DNA of 64,000 nt from Escherichia coli (lineage in GTDB: Bacteria; Pseudomonadota; Gammaproteobacteria; Enterobacterales; Enterobacteriaceae), in NCBI RefSeq assembly GCF_003018235.1, contig NZ_CP027437.1; one strand, 5' to 3'. Below the pieces are notes generated by a model. It was not told where the DNA came from. It worked only from the letters and a program-made list of their open reading frames with translations, and ran no database searches. Below, in pieces: positions 12,179-24,465 of the stretch (position 1 is the stretch's first letter; every line of letters starts with the position of its first letter). The position numbers and the translations under genes were made by a program.

Positions 12179-13567
12179 ATGGCACTGCAAAATGAGAAAA
12201 CTAGTCGTTATCTTTTGCGCGACTGGAAACCAGAAAATCCGGCCTTCTGGGAAAATAAAGGAAAACATATTGCTCGAAGAAACCTCTGGATATCAGTCAG
12301 TTGTCTACTTCTTGCCTTCTGTGTCTGGATGCTATTTAGCGCAGTTACTGTTAATCTCAATAAAATCGGTTTTAATTTCACTACCGATCAACTCTTTTTA
12401 TTAACCGCATTACCCTCCGTTTCTGGCGCATTATTGCGTGTCCCCTACTCCTTTATGGTGCCTATATTTGGTGGACGCCGATGGACGGTTTTTAGTACTG
12501 CAATCCTGATTATTCCTTGCGTCTGGCTCGGAATTGCCGTGCAGAATCCGAATACTCCTTTTGGGATATTTATCGTTATCGCTTTGCTATGCGGTTTTGC
12601 AGGTGCGAACTTTGCTTCGAGCATGGGCAATATCAGTTTCTTCTTCCCAAAAGCCAAACAAGGGAGCGCACTTGGGATTAATGGCGGATTAGGAAACTTA
12701 GGTGTAAGTGTGATGCAGCTGGTTGCACCGCTGGTCATTTTTGTACCCGTATTTGCCTTTCTCGGCGTCAATGGCGTACCGCAGGCCGACGGTTCGGTGA
12801 TGTCGCTGGCGAATGCCGCATGGATTTGGGTGCCATTACTGGCGATTGCCACGATCGCCGCCTGGTCAGGGATGAATGATATCGCCAGTTCACGCGCGTC
12901 AATTGCCGACCAGCTGCCAGTGTTACAACGCCTGCATCTCTGGCTGCTGAGCCTGCTTTACCTTGCCACCTTCGGTTCGTTTATCGGTTTTTCTGCGGGT
13001 TTTGCCATGCTGGCGAAAACTCAGTTCCCTGATGTGAATATTCTGCGCCTGGCGTTCTTTGGCCCATTTATTGGTGCCATCGCGCGGTCGGTTGGTGGTG
13101 CTATTTCAGATAAATTCGGCGGAGTGCGGGTGACGTTGATCAACTTCATTTTTATGGCGATTTTCAGCGCCCTGCTGTTCCTTACCTTACCGGGCACAGG
13201 CTCCGGTAATTTCATCGCATTTTACGCCGTATTTATGGGGTTGTTTCTGACCGCAGGTCTGGGAAGTGGTTCTACTTTCCAGATGATCGCCGTCATCTTT
13301 CGCCAGATAACCATTTATCGGGTGAAGATGAAAGGCGGTAGTGATGAGCAAGCTCAGAGAGAAGCCGTCACCGAAACGGCGGCGGCTCTGGGCTTTATCT
13401 CAGCCATTGGCGCAGTGGGCGGCTTTTTCATTCCGCAGGCGTTTGGCATGTCGCTCAATATGACCGGCTCTCCGGTAGGCGCGATGAAAGTGTTTTTAAT
13501 CTTCTACATCGTTTGTGTGCTGCTGACCTGGCTGGTTTATGGTCGGCGGAAGTTCAGCCAAAAATAA
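12179..13567 (+). CDS. narU: Nitrate/nitrite MFS transporter (462 aa)
   Basis: ATG at 12179 after GAGGAA; MALQNEKTSRYLLRDW...; 12 TM MFS. Confidence 0.92.
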   Translation: MALQNEKTSRYLLRDWKPENPAFWENKGKHIARRNLWISVSCLLLAFCVWMLFSAVTVNLNKIGFNFTTDQLFLLTALPSVSGALLRVPYSFMVPIFGGRRWTVFSTAILIIPCVWLGIAVQNPNTPFGIFIVIALLCGFAGANFASSMGNISFFFPKAKQGSALGINGGLGNLGVSVMQLVAPLVIFVPVFAFLGVNGVPQADGSVMSLANAAWIWVPLLAIATIAAWSGMNDIASSRASIADQLPVLQRLHLWLLSLLYLATFGSFIGFSAGFAMLAKTQFPDVNILRLAFFGPFIGAIARSVGGAISDKFGGVRVTLINFIFMAIFSALLFLTLPGTGSGNFIAFYAVFMGLFLTAGLGSGSTFQMIAVIFRQITIYRVKMKGGSDEQAQREAVTETAAALGFISAIGAVGGFFIPQAFGMSLNMTGSPVGAMKVFLIFYIVCVLLTWLVYGRRKFSQK

Positions 13568-13661
13568 GAGATCGATGCCTGACACGTCTTATCAGGCTAC
13601 AACCGTGTCGCACCCGACAAGGCATCAGATCCCAATTCATTCCTGGAGCAGGAGTTATGTC

Positions 13662-16600
13662 ATGAGTAAACTTTTGGATCGCTTTCGCTATTTCAAACAA
13701 AAGGGCGAAACCTTTGCCGATGGTCACGGACAGGTGATGCATAGCAACCGCGACTGGGAGGACAGCTATCGCCAGCGTTGGCAATTCGACAAAATCGTGC
13801 GTTCCACCCACGGTGTTAACTGTACAGGCTCCTGTAGCTGGAAAATCTACGTTAAAAATGGTCTGGTGACCTGGGAAATCCAACAGACCGACTACCCGCG
13901 CACTCGCCCTGACCTGCCCAATCATGAACCTCGCGGCTGCCCGCGTGGCGCAAGTTACTCCTGGTATCTTTACAGCGCTAACCGCCTGAAATACCCGCTC
14001 ATTCGCAAACGACTGATTGAACTGTGGCGCGAAGCCCTCAAACAACACAGCGATCCGGTACTGGCGTGGGCATCGATTATGAACGATCCGCAAAAGTGCC
14101 TGAGCTACAAACAAGTGCGTGGGCGCGGCGGGTTTATCCGCTCCAACTGGCAGGAACTAAACCAGCTGATTGCCGCCGCTAACGTCTGGACCATCAAAAC
14201 CTACGGCCCGGATCGCGTTGCCGGTTTCTCGCCGATCCCGGCGATGTCGATGGTTTCTTACGCCGCCGGAACACGTTATCTTTCACTATTAGGTGGTACC
14301 TGTTTAAGCTTCTACGACTGGTATTGCGACCTGCCGCCCGCCTCGCCGATGACCTGGGGCGAGCAAACCGACGTGCCAGAATCTGCCGACTGGTATAACT
14401 CCAGCTACATCATCGCCTGGGGGTCTAACGTACCGCAGACACGTACGCCGGACGCACACTTCTTTACCGAAGTACGCTACAAAGGCACTAAAACCATCGC
14501 CATTACCCCTGACTACTCTGAAGTGGCCAAATTGTGCGACCAGTGGCTGGCACCGAAACAAGGCACTGATAGCGCCCTGGCGATGGCAATGGGCCATGTG
14601 ATTTTAAAAGAGTTTCATCTCGATAATCCCAGCGACTATTTTATCAACTACTGCCGCCGCTACAGCGACATGCCGATGCTGGTAATGCTGGAACCTCGCG
14701 ACGATGGTAGCTACGTTCCCGGGCGCATGATCCGCGCGTCTGACCTGGTAGATGGACTGGGCGAAAGCAACAATCCGCAGTGGAAAACCGTAGCAGTTAA
14801 TACAGCAGGTGAACTGGTGGTGCCGAACGGTTCGATTGGTTTTCGCTGGGGAGAAAAAGGCAAATGGAATCTGGAATCTATTGCCGCCGGTACGGAAACC
14901 GAATTGTCGTTAACTCTGCTCGGTCAACATGATGCCGTTGCAGGCGTGGCCTTCCCCTACTTTGGCGGCATTGAAAATCCGCATTTTCGCAGCGTAAAAC
15001 ACAATCCGGTCCTGGTGCGCCAATTGCCCGTTAAAAACCTGACATTAGCCGATGGCAACACCTGTCCGGTCGTCAGCGTTTATGATTTGGTACTGGCGAA
15101 TTATGGCCTCGATCGCGGGCTGGAAGATGAAAACAGCGCGAAAGATTACGCTGAAATCAAACCGTACACCCCAGCCTGGGGTGAGCAAATTACCGGCGTG
15201 CCGCGCCAGTATATTGAAACCATCGCCCGTGAATTTGCCGATACCGCCCATAAAACGCATGGGCGCTCGATGATTATCCTCGGTGCTGGCGTCAACCATT
15301 GGTATCACATGGACATGAACTACCGTGGGATGATCAACATGCTGATCTTCTGCGGTTGTGTCGGGCAAAGCGGTGGCGGCTGGGCACACTATGTCGGTCA
15401 GGAAAAACTGCGCCCGCAAACCGGCTGGTTGCCGCTGGCCTTTGCGCTCGACTGGAACCGCCCACCGCGCCAGATGAACAGCACCTCGTTTTTCTACAAT
15501 CATTCCAGCCAATGGCGCTATGAAAAAGTCTCTGCTCAGGAGTTACTTTCACCGCTCGCCGATGCCAGTAAGTACAGCGGTCATCTGATTGATTTCAACG
15601 TTCGCGCCGAACGTATGGGCTGGCTACCTTCTGCGCCGCAGCTGGGGCGTAACCCGCTCGGGATTAAAGCTGAAGCCGACAAGGCCGGATTATCCCCCAC
15701 AGAATTTACCGCCCAGGCGCTGAAATCGGGCGATTTACGCATGGCCTGCGAACAACCAGATAGCGGCAGCAATCATCCGCGTAATTTGTTTGTCTGGCGT
15801 TCTAACCTGCTTGGCTCCTCCGGCAAAGGCCACGAGTATATGCAGAAGTATCTGCTGGGAACCGAAAGTGGGATTCAGGGTCAGGAACTCGGTGCCAGCG
15901 ACGGGATCAAACCGGAAGAAGTCGAGTGGCAAACTGCGGCGATTGAAGGTAAGCTCGACCTGCTGGTGACGCTCGACTTCCGTATGTCCAGTACCTGCCT
16001 GTTCTCCGATATCGTTCTGCCCACCGCCACCTGGTACGAAAAAGACGATATGAACACCTCGGATATGCATCCGTTTATTCATCCCCTATCTGCGGCGGTC
16101 GATCCGGCGTGGGAATCACGCAGCGACTGGGAAATCTACAAAGGTATTGCCAAAGCCTTTTCGCAAGTGTGCGTGGGCCATCTTGGCAAAGAAACCGACG
16201 TGGTATTACAACCACTGCTGCATGACTCTCCGGCAGAACTCTCACAGCCGTGTGAAGTGCTCGACTGGCGCAAAGGCGAATGCGATCTGATTCCAGGTAA
16301 AACTGCGCCCAATATTGTGGCGGTGGAACGCGACTACCCTGCTACCTATGAACGCTTTACCTCGCTCGGGCCATTGATGGACAAACTTGGCAACGGCGTT
16401 AAAGGGATTTCGTGGAATACCCAGGATGAAATCGATTTCCTCGGCAAACTCAACTACACCAAGCGTGAAGGCCCGGCACAGGGGCGTCCGCTGATTGACA
16501 CCGCCATTGACGCATCAGAAGTGATTCTGGCTCTTGCACCTGAAACCAATGGTCATGTTGCAGTCAAAGCGTGGCAGGCGCTGGGCGAGATCACCGGACG

Positions 16601-17402
16601 CGAACATACCCATCTGGCGCTGCACAAAGAGGACGAGAAGATTCGCTTTCGCGATATTCAGGCGCAGCCACGTAAAATTATCTCCAGCCCCACATGGTCC
16701 GGTCTGGAAAGCGATCACGTTTCCTATAACGCGGGATACACCAACGTTCATGAGTTAATTCCGTGGCGCACGCTGTCGGGACGCCAGCAGCTCTATCAGG
16801 ATCATCCGTGGATGCGTGCTTTTGGTGAAAGCCTGGTGGCTTATCGCCCGCCTATCGACACCCGTAGCGTCAGTGAAATGCGCCAGATACCGCCAAACGG
16901 CTTCCCGGAAAAAGCACTTAACTTCCTGACGCCGCATCAGAAATGGGGCATTCACTCAACCTACAGTGAAAACCTGCTAATGCTGACGCTCTCTCGCGGT
17001 GGACCGATTGTCTGGATTAGCGAAACCGATGCCCGTGAACTGACCATTGTCGATAACGACTGGGTGGAAGTGTTTAACGCCAACGGCGCGCTGACTGCCC
17101 GCGCGGTGGTCAGCCAACGTGTACCGCCGGGTATGACCATGATGTATCACGCTCAGGAACGCATTATGAATATCCCGGGCTCGGAAGTGACCGGAATGCG
17201 CGGCGGCATTCATAACTCGGTCACCCGCGTTTGTCCGAAACCAACGCATATGATTGGCGGTTACGCGCAGCTGGCCTGGGGCTTTAATTACTACGGCACC
17301 GTCGGCTCGAACCGTGACGAATTCATCATGATCCGCAAGATGAAGAACGTTAACTGGCTGGATGATGAAGGTCGCGATCAGGTACAGGAGGCGAAAAAAT
17401 GA
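13662..17402 (+). CDS. narZ: Respiratory nitrate reductase Z alpha subunit (1246 aa)
   Basis: ATG at 13662 after GGAGCAGGAG; MSKLLDRFRYFKQKGETF...; molybdopterin oxidoreductase motifs. Confidence 0.93.
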   Translation: MSKLLDRFRYFKQKGETFADGHGQVMHSNRDWEDSYRQRWQFDKIVRSTHGVNCTGSCSWKIYVKNGLVTWEIQQTDYPRTRPDLPNHEPRGCPRGASYSWYLYSANRLKYPLIRKRLIELWREALKQHSDPVLAWASIMNDPQKCLSYKQVRGRGGFIRSNWQELNQLIAAANVWTIKTYGPDRVAGFSPIPAMSMVSYAAGTRYLSLLGGTCLSFYDWYCDLPPASPMTWGEQTDVPESADWYNSSYIIAWGSNVPQTRTPDAHFFTEVRYKGTKTIAITPDYSEVAKLCDQWLAPKQGTDSALAMAMGHVILKEFHLDNPSDYFINYCRRYSDMPMLVMLEPRDDGSYVPGRMIRASDLVDGLGESNNPQWKTVAVNTAGELVVPNGSIGFRWGEKGKWNLESIAAGTETELSLTLLGQHDAVAGVAFPYFGGIENPHFRSVKHNPVLVRQLPVKNLTLADGNTCPVVSVYDLVLANYGLDRGLEDENSAKDYAEIKPYTPAWGEQITGVPRQYIETIAREFADTAHKTHGRSMIILGAGVNHWYHMDMNYRGMINMLIFCGCVGQSGGGWAHYVGQEKLRPQTGWLPLAFALDWNRPPRQMNSTSFFYNHSSQWRYEKVSAQELLSPLADASKYSGHLIDFNVRAERMGWLPSAPQLGRNPLGIKAEADKAGLSPTEFTAQALKSGDLRMACEQPDSGSNHPRNLFVWRSNLLGSSGKGHEYMQKYLLGTESGIQGQELGASDGIKPEEVEWQTAAIEGKLDLLVTLDFRMSSTCLFSDIVLPTATWYEKDDMNTSDMHPFIHPLSAAVDPAWESRSDWEIYKGIAKAFSQVCVGHLGKETDVVLQPLLHDSPAELSQPCEVLDWRKGECDLIPGKTAPNIVAVERDYPATYERFTSLGPLMDKLGNGVKGISWNTQDEIDFLGKLNYTKREGPAQGRPLIDTAIDASEVILALAPETNGHVAVKAWQALGEITGREHTHLALHKEDEKIRFRDIQAQPRKIISSPTWSGLESDHVSYNAGYTNVHELIPWRTLSGRQQLYQDHPWMRAFGESLVAYRPPIDTRSVSEMRQIPPNGFPEKALNFLTPHQKWGIHSTYSENLLMLTLSRGGPIVWISETDARELTIVDNDWVEVFNANGALTARAVVSQRVPPGMTMMYHAQERIMNIPGSEVTGMRGGIHNSVTRVCPKPTHMIGGYAQLAWGFNYYGTVGSNRDEFIMIRKMKNVNWLDDEGRDQVQEAKK

Positions 17403-18943
17403 AAATACGTTCGCAAGTCGGCATGGTGCTTAACCTCGATAAATGTATCGGCTGCCATACCTGTTCGGTGACCTGTAAAAACGTCTGGACCGGACGCGAA
17501 GGCATGGAGTACGCATGGTTTAACAACGTCGAAACCAAACCGGGCATTGGTTATCCAAAAAACTGGGAAGATCAGGAAGAGTGGCAAGGCGGCTGGGTGC
17601 GTGATGTGAATGGCAAGATCCGCCCGCGTCTGGGCGGCAAGATGGGCGTAATAACCAAAATCTTCGCCAACCCGGTGGTGCCGCAGATTGATGATTACTA
17701 CGAACCTTTCACCTTCGACTACGAACATTTGCATAGCGCACCGGAAGGCAAACATATCCCTACTGCTCGCCCGCGTTCACTGATTGACGGCAAACGGATG
17801 GACAAAGTGATCTGGGGGCCAAACTGGGAAGAATTGTTGGGCGGCGAATTCGAAAAACGCGCCCGTGACCGCAACTTCGAGGCCATGCAAAAGGAGATGT
17901 ACGGGCAGTTTGAAAACACCTTCATGATGTACCTGCCGCGCCTGTGCGAACACTGCCTCAATCCCAGTTGCGTGGCGACCTGCCCAAGCGGCGCTATCTA
18001 CAAACGCGAAGAAGACGGCATTGTGCTGATCGATCAGGATAAATGCCGTGGCTGGCGTTTGTGCATTAGCGGTTGTCCGTACAAAAAAATCTACTTCAAC
18101 TGGAAAAGCGGCAAGTCAGAAAAATGTATCTTCTGTTACCCACGAATTGAGTCAGGCCAACCCACCGTGTGCTCAGAAACCTGCGTGGGTCGCATCCGGT
18201 ATCTGGGCGTGCTGCTTTACGACGCCGACCGCATCGAGGAAGCGGCGAGCACCGAGCGCGAAGTTGACCTCTATGAACGCCAGTGCGAAGTGTTCCTCGA
18301 TCCGCACGATCCCTCAGTGATCGAAGAAGCCCTGAAACAAGGTATTCCACAAAACGTGATAGAAGCTGCCCAGCGTTCGCCAGTCTACAAAATGGCGATG
18401 GACTGGAAACTGGCGCTACCGCTGCACCCTGAATATCGCACCCTGCCGATGGTCTGGTACGTTCCTCCGCTGTCACCGATTCAGTCCTACGCTGATGCGG
18501 GCGGCTTGCCGAAAAGCGAAGGCGTGCTGCCCGCCATCGAAAGCCTGCGTATTCCTGTGCAATATCTCGCCAATATGTTAAGTGCTGGCGATACCGGTCC
18601 GGTACTGCGGGCGCTAAAACGGATGATGGCGATGCGCCACTATATGCGTTCACAAACCGTGGAAGGCGTTATCGATACCCGCGCCATTGACGAAGTAGGC
18701 CTGAGCGTCGCCCAGGTCGAAGAGATGTATCGCTACCTCGCCATTGCCAACTATGAAGACCGTTTTGTCATTCCAACCAGTCATCGGGAAATGGCGGGCG
18801 ATGCCTTCGCAGAACGCAATGGCTGCGGTTTTACCTTTGGCGACGGTTGCCACGGCTCGGACAGCAAATTCAACCTGTTCAACAGTAGCCGTATCGATGC
18901 CATCAACATCACCGAAGTGCGCGACAAAGCGGAGGGCGAATAA
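17399..18943 (+). CDS. narY: Nitrate reductase Z beta subunit (Fe-S, 514 aa)
   Basis: ATGA overlap with narZ stop; four Cys clusters. Confidence 0.93.
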   Translation: MKIRSQVGMVLNLDKCIGCHTCSVTCKNVWTGREGMEYAWFNNVETKPGIGYPKNWEDQEEWQGGWVRDVNGKIRPRLGGKMGVITKIFANPVVPQIDDYYEPFTFDYEHLHSAPEGKHIPTARPRSLIDGKRMDKVIWGPNWEELLGGEFEKRARDRNFEAMQKEMYGQFENTFMMYLPRLCEHCLNPSCVATCPSGAIYKREEDGIVLIDQDKCRGWRLCISGCPYKKIYFNWKSGKSEKCIFCYPRIESGQPTVCSETCVGRIRYLGVLLYDADRIEEAASTEREVDLYERQCEVFLDPHDPSVIEEALKQGIPQNVIEAAQRSPVYKMAMDWKLALPLHPEYRTLPMVWYVPPLSPIQSYADAGGLPKSEGVLPAIESLRIPVQYLANMLSAGDTGPVLRALKRMMAMRHYMRSQTVEGVIDTRAIDEVGLSVAQVEEMYRYLAIANYEDRFVIPTSHREMAGDAFAERNGCGFTFGDGCHGSDSKFNLFNSSRIDAINITEVRDKAEGE

Positions 18944-19638
18944 TGCAGATCCTCAAAGTGATCGGCCTGTTGATGGAGTATCCGGACGAGCTGTTGTGGG
19001 AATGTAAGGAGGACGCGCTGGCGTTGATCCGCCGCGACGCACCGATGCTTACGGATTTTACCCGCAACCTGCTTAACGCGCCGCTGCTGGATAAACAGGC
19101 CGAATGGTGCGAAGTGTTTGACCGTGGACGTACCACATCGCTGCTGCTGTTCGAACATGTTCATGCCGAGTCCCGCGATCGCGGCCAGGCAATGGTGGAC
19201 CTGCTGGCGGAGTATGAAAAGGTCGGCCTGCAGTTGGATTGTCGAGAACTGCCCGATTATCTGCCGCTGTATCTGGAGTACTTAAGCGTACTGCCGGACG
19301 ATCAGGCGAAAGAAGGCTTGCTCAACGTTGCGCCGATCCTCGCCCTGCTTGGCGGACGCTTAAAACAACGCGAGGCTCCGTGGTATTCGTTGTTTGACGC
19401 CCTGCTGCATCTGGCGGGAAGTACACTTTCAAGTGACAGTGTCACAAAACAAGTAAACAACGAGGAGCGCGATGACACCCGCCAGGCGCTTGATGCAGTG
19501 TGGGAAGAGGAGCAGGTGAAGTTTATTGAAGATAACGCCACGGCGTGTGACAGCTCGCCGCTTAATCAATATCAGCGACGCTTTAGCCAGGATGTCGCGC
19601 CGCAATATGTCGACATCAGTGCGGGAGGTGGGAAATGA
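18943..19638 (+). CDS. narW: Nitrate reductase Z assembly chaperone (231 aa)
   Basis: NarJ-family sequence; start overlaps narY stop. Confidence 0.9.
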
Positions 19639-20315
19639 TTCAGTATCTGAACGTCTTTTTTTATGATATCTACCCGTACATTTGTGCGACAGTGTTTTTC
19701 CTCGGCAGCTGGCTGCGCTACGACTACGGGCAGTATACCTGGCGCGCCTCCTCGAGTCAGATGCTCGATAAACGCGGGATGGTGATATGGTCGAATCTGT
19801 TCCATATCGGCATTTTGGGGATTTTCTTCGGGCACCTGTTCGGCATGTTAACGCCGCACTGGATGTACGCGTGGTTTTTGCCAGTGGCAGCGAAACAACT
19901 AATGGCGATGGTGCTCGGCGGTATTTGCGGTGTGTTGACGTTGATTGGCGGCGCAGGACTGCTGTGGCGCAGGCTGACTAATCAGCGTGTGCGTGCAACT
20001 TCCACTACGCCGGATATTATCATCATGAGCATTTTGCTGATCCAGTGTCTGCTGGGGCTAAGTACCATACCGTTTTCAGCACAGTATCCTGATGGTAGCG
20101 AAATGATGAAGCTGGTGGGTTGGGCGCAAAGCATTGTCACTTTCCGTGGTGGATCGTCAGAAATGCTTAACGGCGTAGCGTTCGTTTTCCGCCTGCATCT
20201 GGTATTGGGAATGACCATCTTCCTGCTCTTCCCGTTCACCCGACTGGTGCATGTGTGGAGCGCGCCGTTTGAGTACTTTACTCGTCGGTATCAGATTGTG
20301 CGTTCGCGGCGATAA
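19635..20315 (+). CDS. narV: Nitrate reductase Z gamma subunit (cytochrome b, 226 aa)
   Basis: NarI-family membrane protein; overlaps narW stop. Confidence 0.9.
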
Positions 20316-20394
20316 TTTTCACCCTGGCCGGATAGCCCTTCGCTCTCCGGCCACTTGCAGGCTATGATAGTTCTCCAGCCACAGGAGAACGTTA

Positions 20395-21288
20395 ATGAAA
20401 CCGCAGGTGTACCACGTCGATGCTTTTACCTCTCAACCATTTCGCGGCAATTCTGCCGGTGTTGTTTTCCCCGCCGATAATCTCAGTGAAGCGCAAATGC
20501 AGCTTATCGCCCGCGAATTAGGTCATTCCGAAACTGCTTTTCTGCTGCACAGCGACGACAGCGATGTGCGCATCCGCTACTTTACGCCAACAGTTGAAGT
20601 GCCGATTTGTGGTCACGCGACGGTAGCAGCGCATTATGTACGTTCGAAGGTATTAGGTTTGGGAAATTGCACGGTCTGGCAAACATCGCTGGCAGGAAAA
20701 CACCGCGTGACTATAGAAAAGCAAAATGATGATTATCGTATTTCGCTGGAACAAGGTACTCCTGGCTTTGAGCCACCACTGACAGGTGAAACACGAGCGG
20801 CAATTATCAACGCGCTTCATCTCACTGAAGACGATATTCTGCCAGGCTTGCCAATTCAGGTGGCTACCACAGGACACTCAAAAGTGATGATTCCACTGAA
20901 GCCGGAAGTGGATATCGACGCCCTTTCGCCTGACCTTAATGTGCTGACCGCTATCAGCAAACAGATTGGCTGCAATGGTTTCTTCCCGTTCCAGATCCGC
21001 CCAGGCAAAAACGAAACCGATGGTCGCATGTTCTCGCCTGCGATTGGTATTGTGGAAGATCCGGTGACCGGCAATGCCAATGGCCCGATGGGTGCATGGT
21101 TGGTACATCACAACGTATTGCCCCACGATGGCAACGTGTTGCGCGTTAAAGGCCATCAGGGGCGCGCATTGGGGCGTGACGGCGTGATTGAAGTGACGGT
21201 GACAATTCGTGATAACCAACCGGAGAAAGTCACCATTTCTGGCACGGCGGTGATTTTGTTTCATGCCGAATGGGCAATTGAATTCTGA
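20395..21288 (+). CDS. yddE: PhzF-family isomerase-like protein (297 aa)
   Basis: MKPQVYHVDAFTSQPFRGNSAGVVF... PhzF/DapF fold signature. Confidence 0.88.
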   Translation: MKPQVYHVDAFTSQPFRGNSAGVVFPADNLSEAQMQLIARELGHSETAFLLHSDDSDVRIRYFTPTVEVPICGHATVAAHYVRSKVLGLGNCTVWQTSLAGKHRVTIEKQNDDYRISLEQGTPGFEPPLTGETRAAIINALHLTEDDILPGLPIQVATTGHSKVMIPLKPEVDIDALSPDLNVLTAISKQIGCNGFFPFQIRPGKNETDGRMFSPAIGIVEDPVTGNANGPMGAWLVHHNVLPHDGNVLRVKGHQGRALGRDGVIEVTVTIRDNQPEKVTISGTAVILFHAEWAIEF

Positions 21289-21295
21289 AACCGTT

Positions 21296-21346
21296 GCCTG
21301 ATGCGCTTCGCTTATCAGGTCTATGTATGCCGGATAAGGCGTTTAC
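21296..21346. repeat. REP/BIME: one complete palindromic unit plus the left half of a second unit that is split by the IS; right half resumes at 22779-22797
   Basis: gcctgatgcgcttcgcttatcaggtc and gccggataaggcgtttac | ... | gtttacgccgcatccggca; joining the flanks restores a canonical REP palindrome. Confidence 0.8.
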
Positions 21347-21876
21347 TGAACTGCACCCCAAATGTTGGACACAATCTGACATCTGAAGGTGCAGTTTATG
21401 AAACATTCATTTGAAGTAAAACTTGCCGCTGTAAATCATTACCTGGCCGGTCATGCAGGCATCATTTCTACGGCAAAACTCTTTCAACTTTCTCACACCA
21501 GCCTCTCACACTGGATTAATCTTTTTCTTCTTCACGGTCCTCAGGCACTGGATTGCAGACACAAGCGTAGCTATTCTCCTGAAGATAAACTTTGCGTGGT
21601 TCTTTATGCTCTCGGGCATTCTGAGTCTCTACCCCGGGTAGCTGCCCGGTTTAACATTCCCAGCCACAACACGGTTAAAAACTGGATAAAAGGCTACCGC
21701 AAATCTGGTAATGAGGCCTTTATCAGGCGCAGGAAGGAGAAAAGCATGACCCGTTCTGATGATACCCATGAAAACGAGGCAAACATGACGCCGGAAGAGA
21801 TGAAGAATGAGCTGCGTTATCTTCGCGCAGAAAATGCATATCTGAAAGCCATGCAGGAGCATCTCCTGGAAAAAAA

Positions 21877-22778
<902 letters not shown>

Positions 22779-22809
22779 GTTTACGCCGCATCCGGCAACC
22801 TGACATAAA

Positions 22810-23655
22810 TTATTTTCCCGCCTCCGGGTGCGTATCAAACGCCGCCATCACCAGCGCTAACTCATCCACAGTAAAGCCATGTTTCACATCATCTACGCCC
22901 AGACCAAACTGTTCCTGCATCACGGCATATAACGACGCCACATCTGGTAGATTTCGCTGCTCAACTGCGTGCCCATTTTCATAATGGGTAAAATGAAAAT
23001 TGGTCAGCGTTAGCTTGCCACCGTCCGGCAAATGGCGACACATCAGCAAATGATGGCGAAAATGCGACTGCGGCCAATGCGCCGACCAGAAATTGCCCAT
23101 CACATAATCGCTTTGTTGCTGCTCGCAGAGATCAAAACGGTACATCGACTGCCAGTGCTGATGATGATTAAACTGCAACACCCAATCATCACCCTCTTGC
23201 AACAACCGATACTCTCCGTGTGGCGTGGTTTGCATGATATCCGGCATTAAACGAATCGGCGCGGTTAGCGTCTGCCCACCGAAACCGACATCAGCAATCC
23301 ATTTTTCCCCTTCCAGTTCCACCAACAGCAAACGATGGGTGCGCGGCGGTAATGCTGGCGGATTTGATAACACTACGCGCCCTAACAAGCTGCGAACGTT
23401 AAACCCCAGCTCGCGTAACACACGCTCAAACACGCCATTCTGCTCAAAACAGTAACCGCCACGACGGGCTATCACCAGTTTCTCTTCCAGCGATTGATCA
23501 TCAAGCTGTATTTCCCTCGGCAGCAAAACGTCGAGATTTTCAAACGGAATGGTGCAATTGTGTTTCAGGTGCAATGCACGCAGCGTATCAATATTGGCCG
23601 CAGCAGCTCCCAACCAGTTAATACGAGCAAAATAGTGATTCAGAATGGGCGTCAT
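22810..23655 (-). CDS. nhoA: Arylamine N-acetyltransferase / N-hydroxyarylamine O-acetyltransferase (281 aa)
   Basis: NAT family with catalytic Cys in RRGGYCFEQNG motif. Confidence 0.9.
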   Translation of the reverse strand: MTPILNHYFARINWLGAAAANIDTLRALHLKHNCTIPFENLDVLLPREIQLDDQSLEEKLVIARRGGYCFEQNGVFERVLRELGFNVRSLLGRVVLSNPPALPPRTHRLLLVELEGEKWIADVGFGGQTLTAPIRLMPDIMQTTPHGEYRLLQEGDDWVLQFNHHQHWQSMYRFDLCEQQQSDYVMGNFWSAHWPQSHFRHHLLMCRHLPDGGKLTLTNFHFTHYENGHAVEQRNLPDVASLYAVMQEQFGLGVDDVKHGFTVDELALVMAAFDTHPEAGK

Positions 23656-23829
23656 CAGGCGTTTCCCTTAGTGGTTTTCTCAACTTATAACCTGAAATAG
23701 ACGCCGCACTGGCTATTTTGTGCGATCGCGGACATGCATCACGTTCGCAAATCGCCAATCCCGTTAATTTCGTTACTTATTGCGTTACGAGCTACGCTTT
23801 TAAAACACCCTTCATAGCGAGGCGATATC

Positions 23830-24399
23830 GTGAGCCAATTCATTCCCGTCGAATTACACCATGCCAGCCGTCTGTTAAATCATGGCCCAACAGTCATGAT
23901 CACCAGTTTCGATGAGCAATCCCAGCGGCGTAACATTATGGCTGCAGCCTGGTCGATGCCGGTGGAGTTTAAACCTCCACGCGTCGCGATTGTGGTAGAT
24001 AAGTCGACATGGACCAGGGAGTTGATTGAGCGTAACGGTAAATTTGGCATCGTTATCCCAGGCGTTGCAGCGACTAACTGGACGTGGGCAGTGGGAAGTG
24101 TATCTGGGCGTGAAGAGGATAAATTTAATTGCTATGGCATTCCGGTGGTGAAAGGTCCGGTGCTTGGTTTGCCACTTGTTGAAGAGAAATGTCTGGCGTG
24201 GATGGAGTGCCGATTGCTACCAGCGACTTCCGCGCAAGAGAAATACGACACGCTGTTTGGCGAAGTGGTATCAGCAGCGGCAGACGCACGGGTATTTGTC
24301 GAAGGCCGCTGGCAGTTTGATGATGATAAGCTCAATACGTTGCATCATTTAGGCGCTGGCACGTTTGTTACCAGCGGCAAGCGAGTCACCGCTGGCTAA
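23830..24399 (+). CDS. yddH: Flavin reductase-like domain protein (189 aa), GTG start
   Basis: GTG at 23830; flavin reductase-like sequence. Confidence 0.85.
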   Translation: MSQFIPVELHHASRLLNHGPTVMITSFDEQSQRRNIMAAAWSMPVEFKPPRVAIVVDKSTWTRELIERNGKFGIVIPGVAATNWTWAVGSVSGREEDKFNCYGIPVVKGPVLGLPLVEEKCLAWMECRLLPATSAQEKYDTLFGEVVSAAADARVFVEGRWQFDDDKLNTLHHLGAGTFVTSGKRVTAG

Positions 24400-24465
24400 A
24401 GAATCATATGCAGCAACGAAGTTGCGTAAGCAATGTTTCAATATGAGTTAAAAGCATATTTTATT

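Noticed and set aside
12137-13661. 5'-extended starts for narU (12137) and narZ (13539) in the ORF track
   Set aside because: Internal ATGs at 12179 and 13662 have proper Shine-Dalgarno spacing and give the native N-termini; the upstream extensions use alternative start codons and would overlap the preceding gene or spacer.
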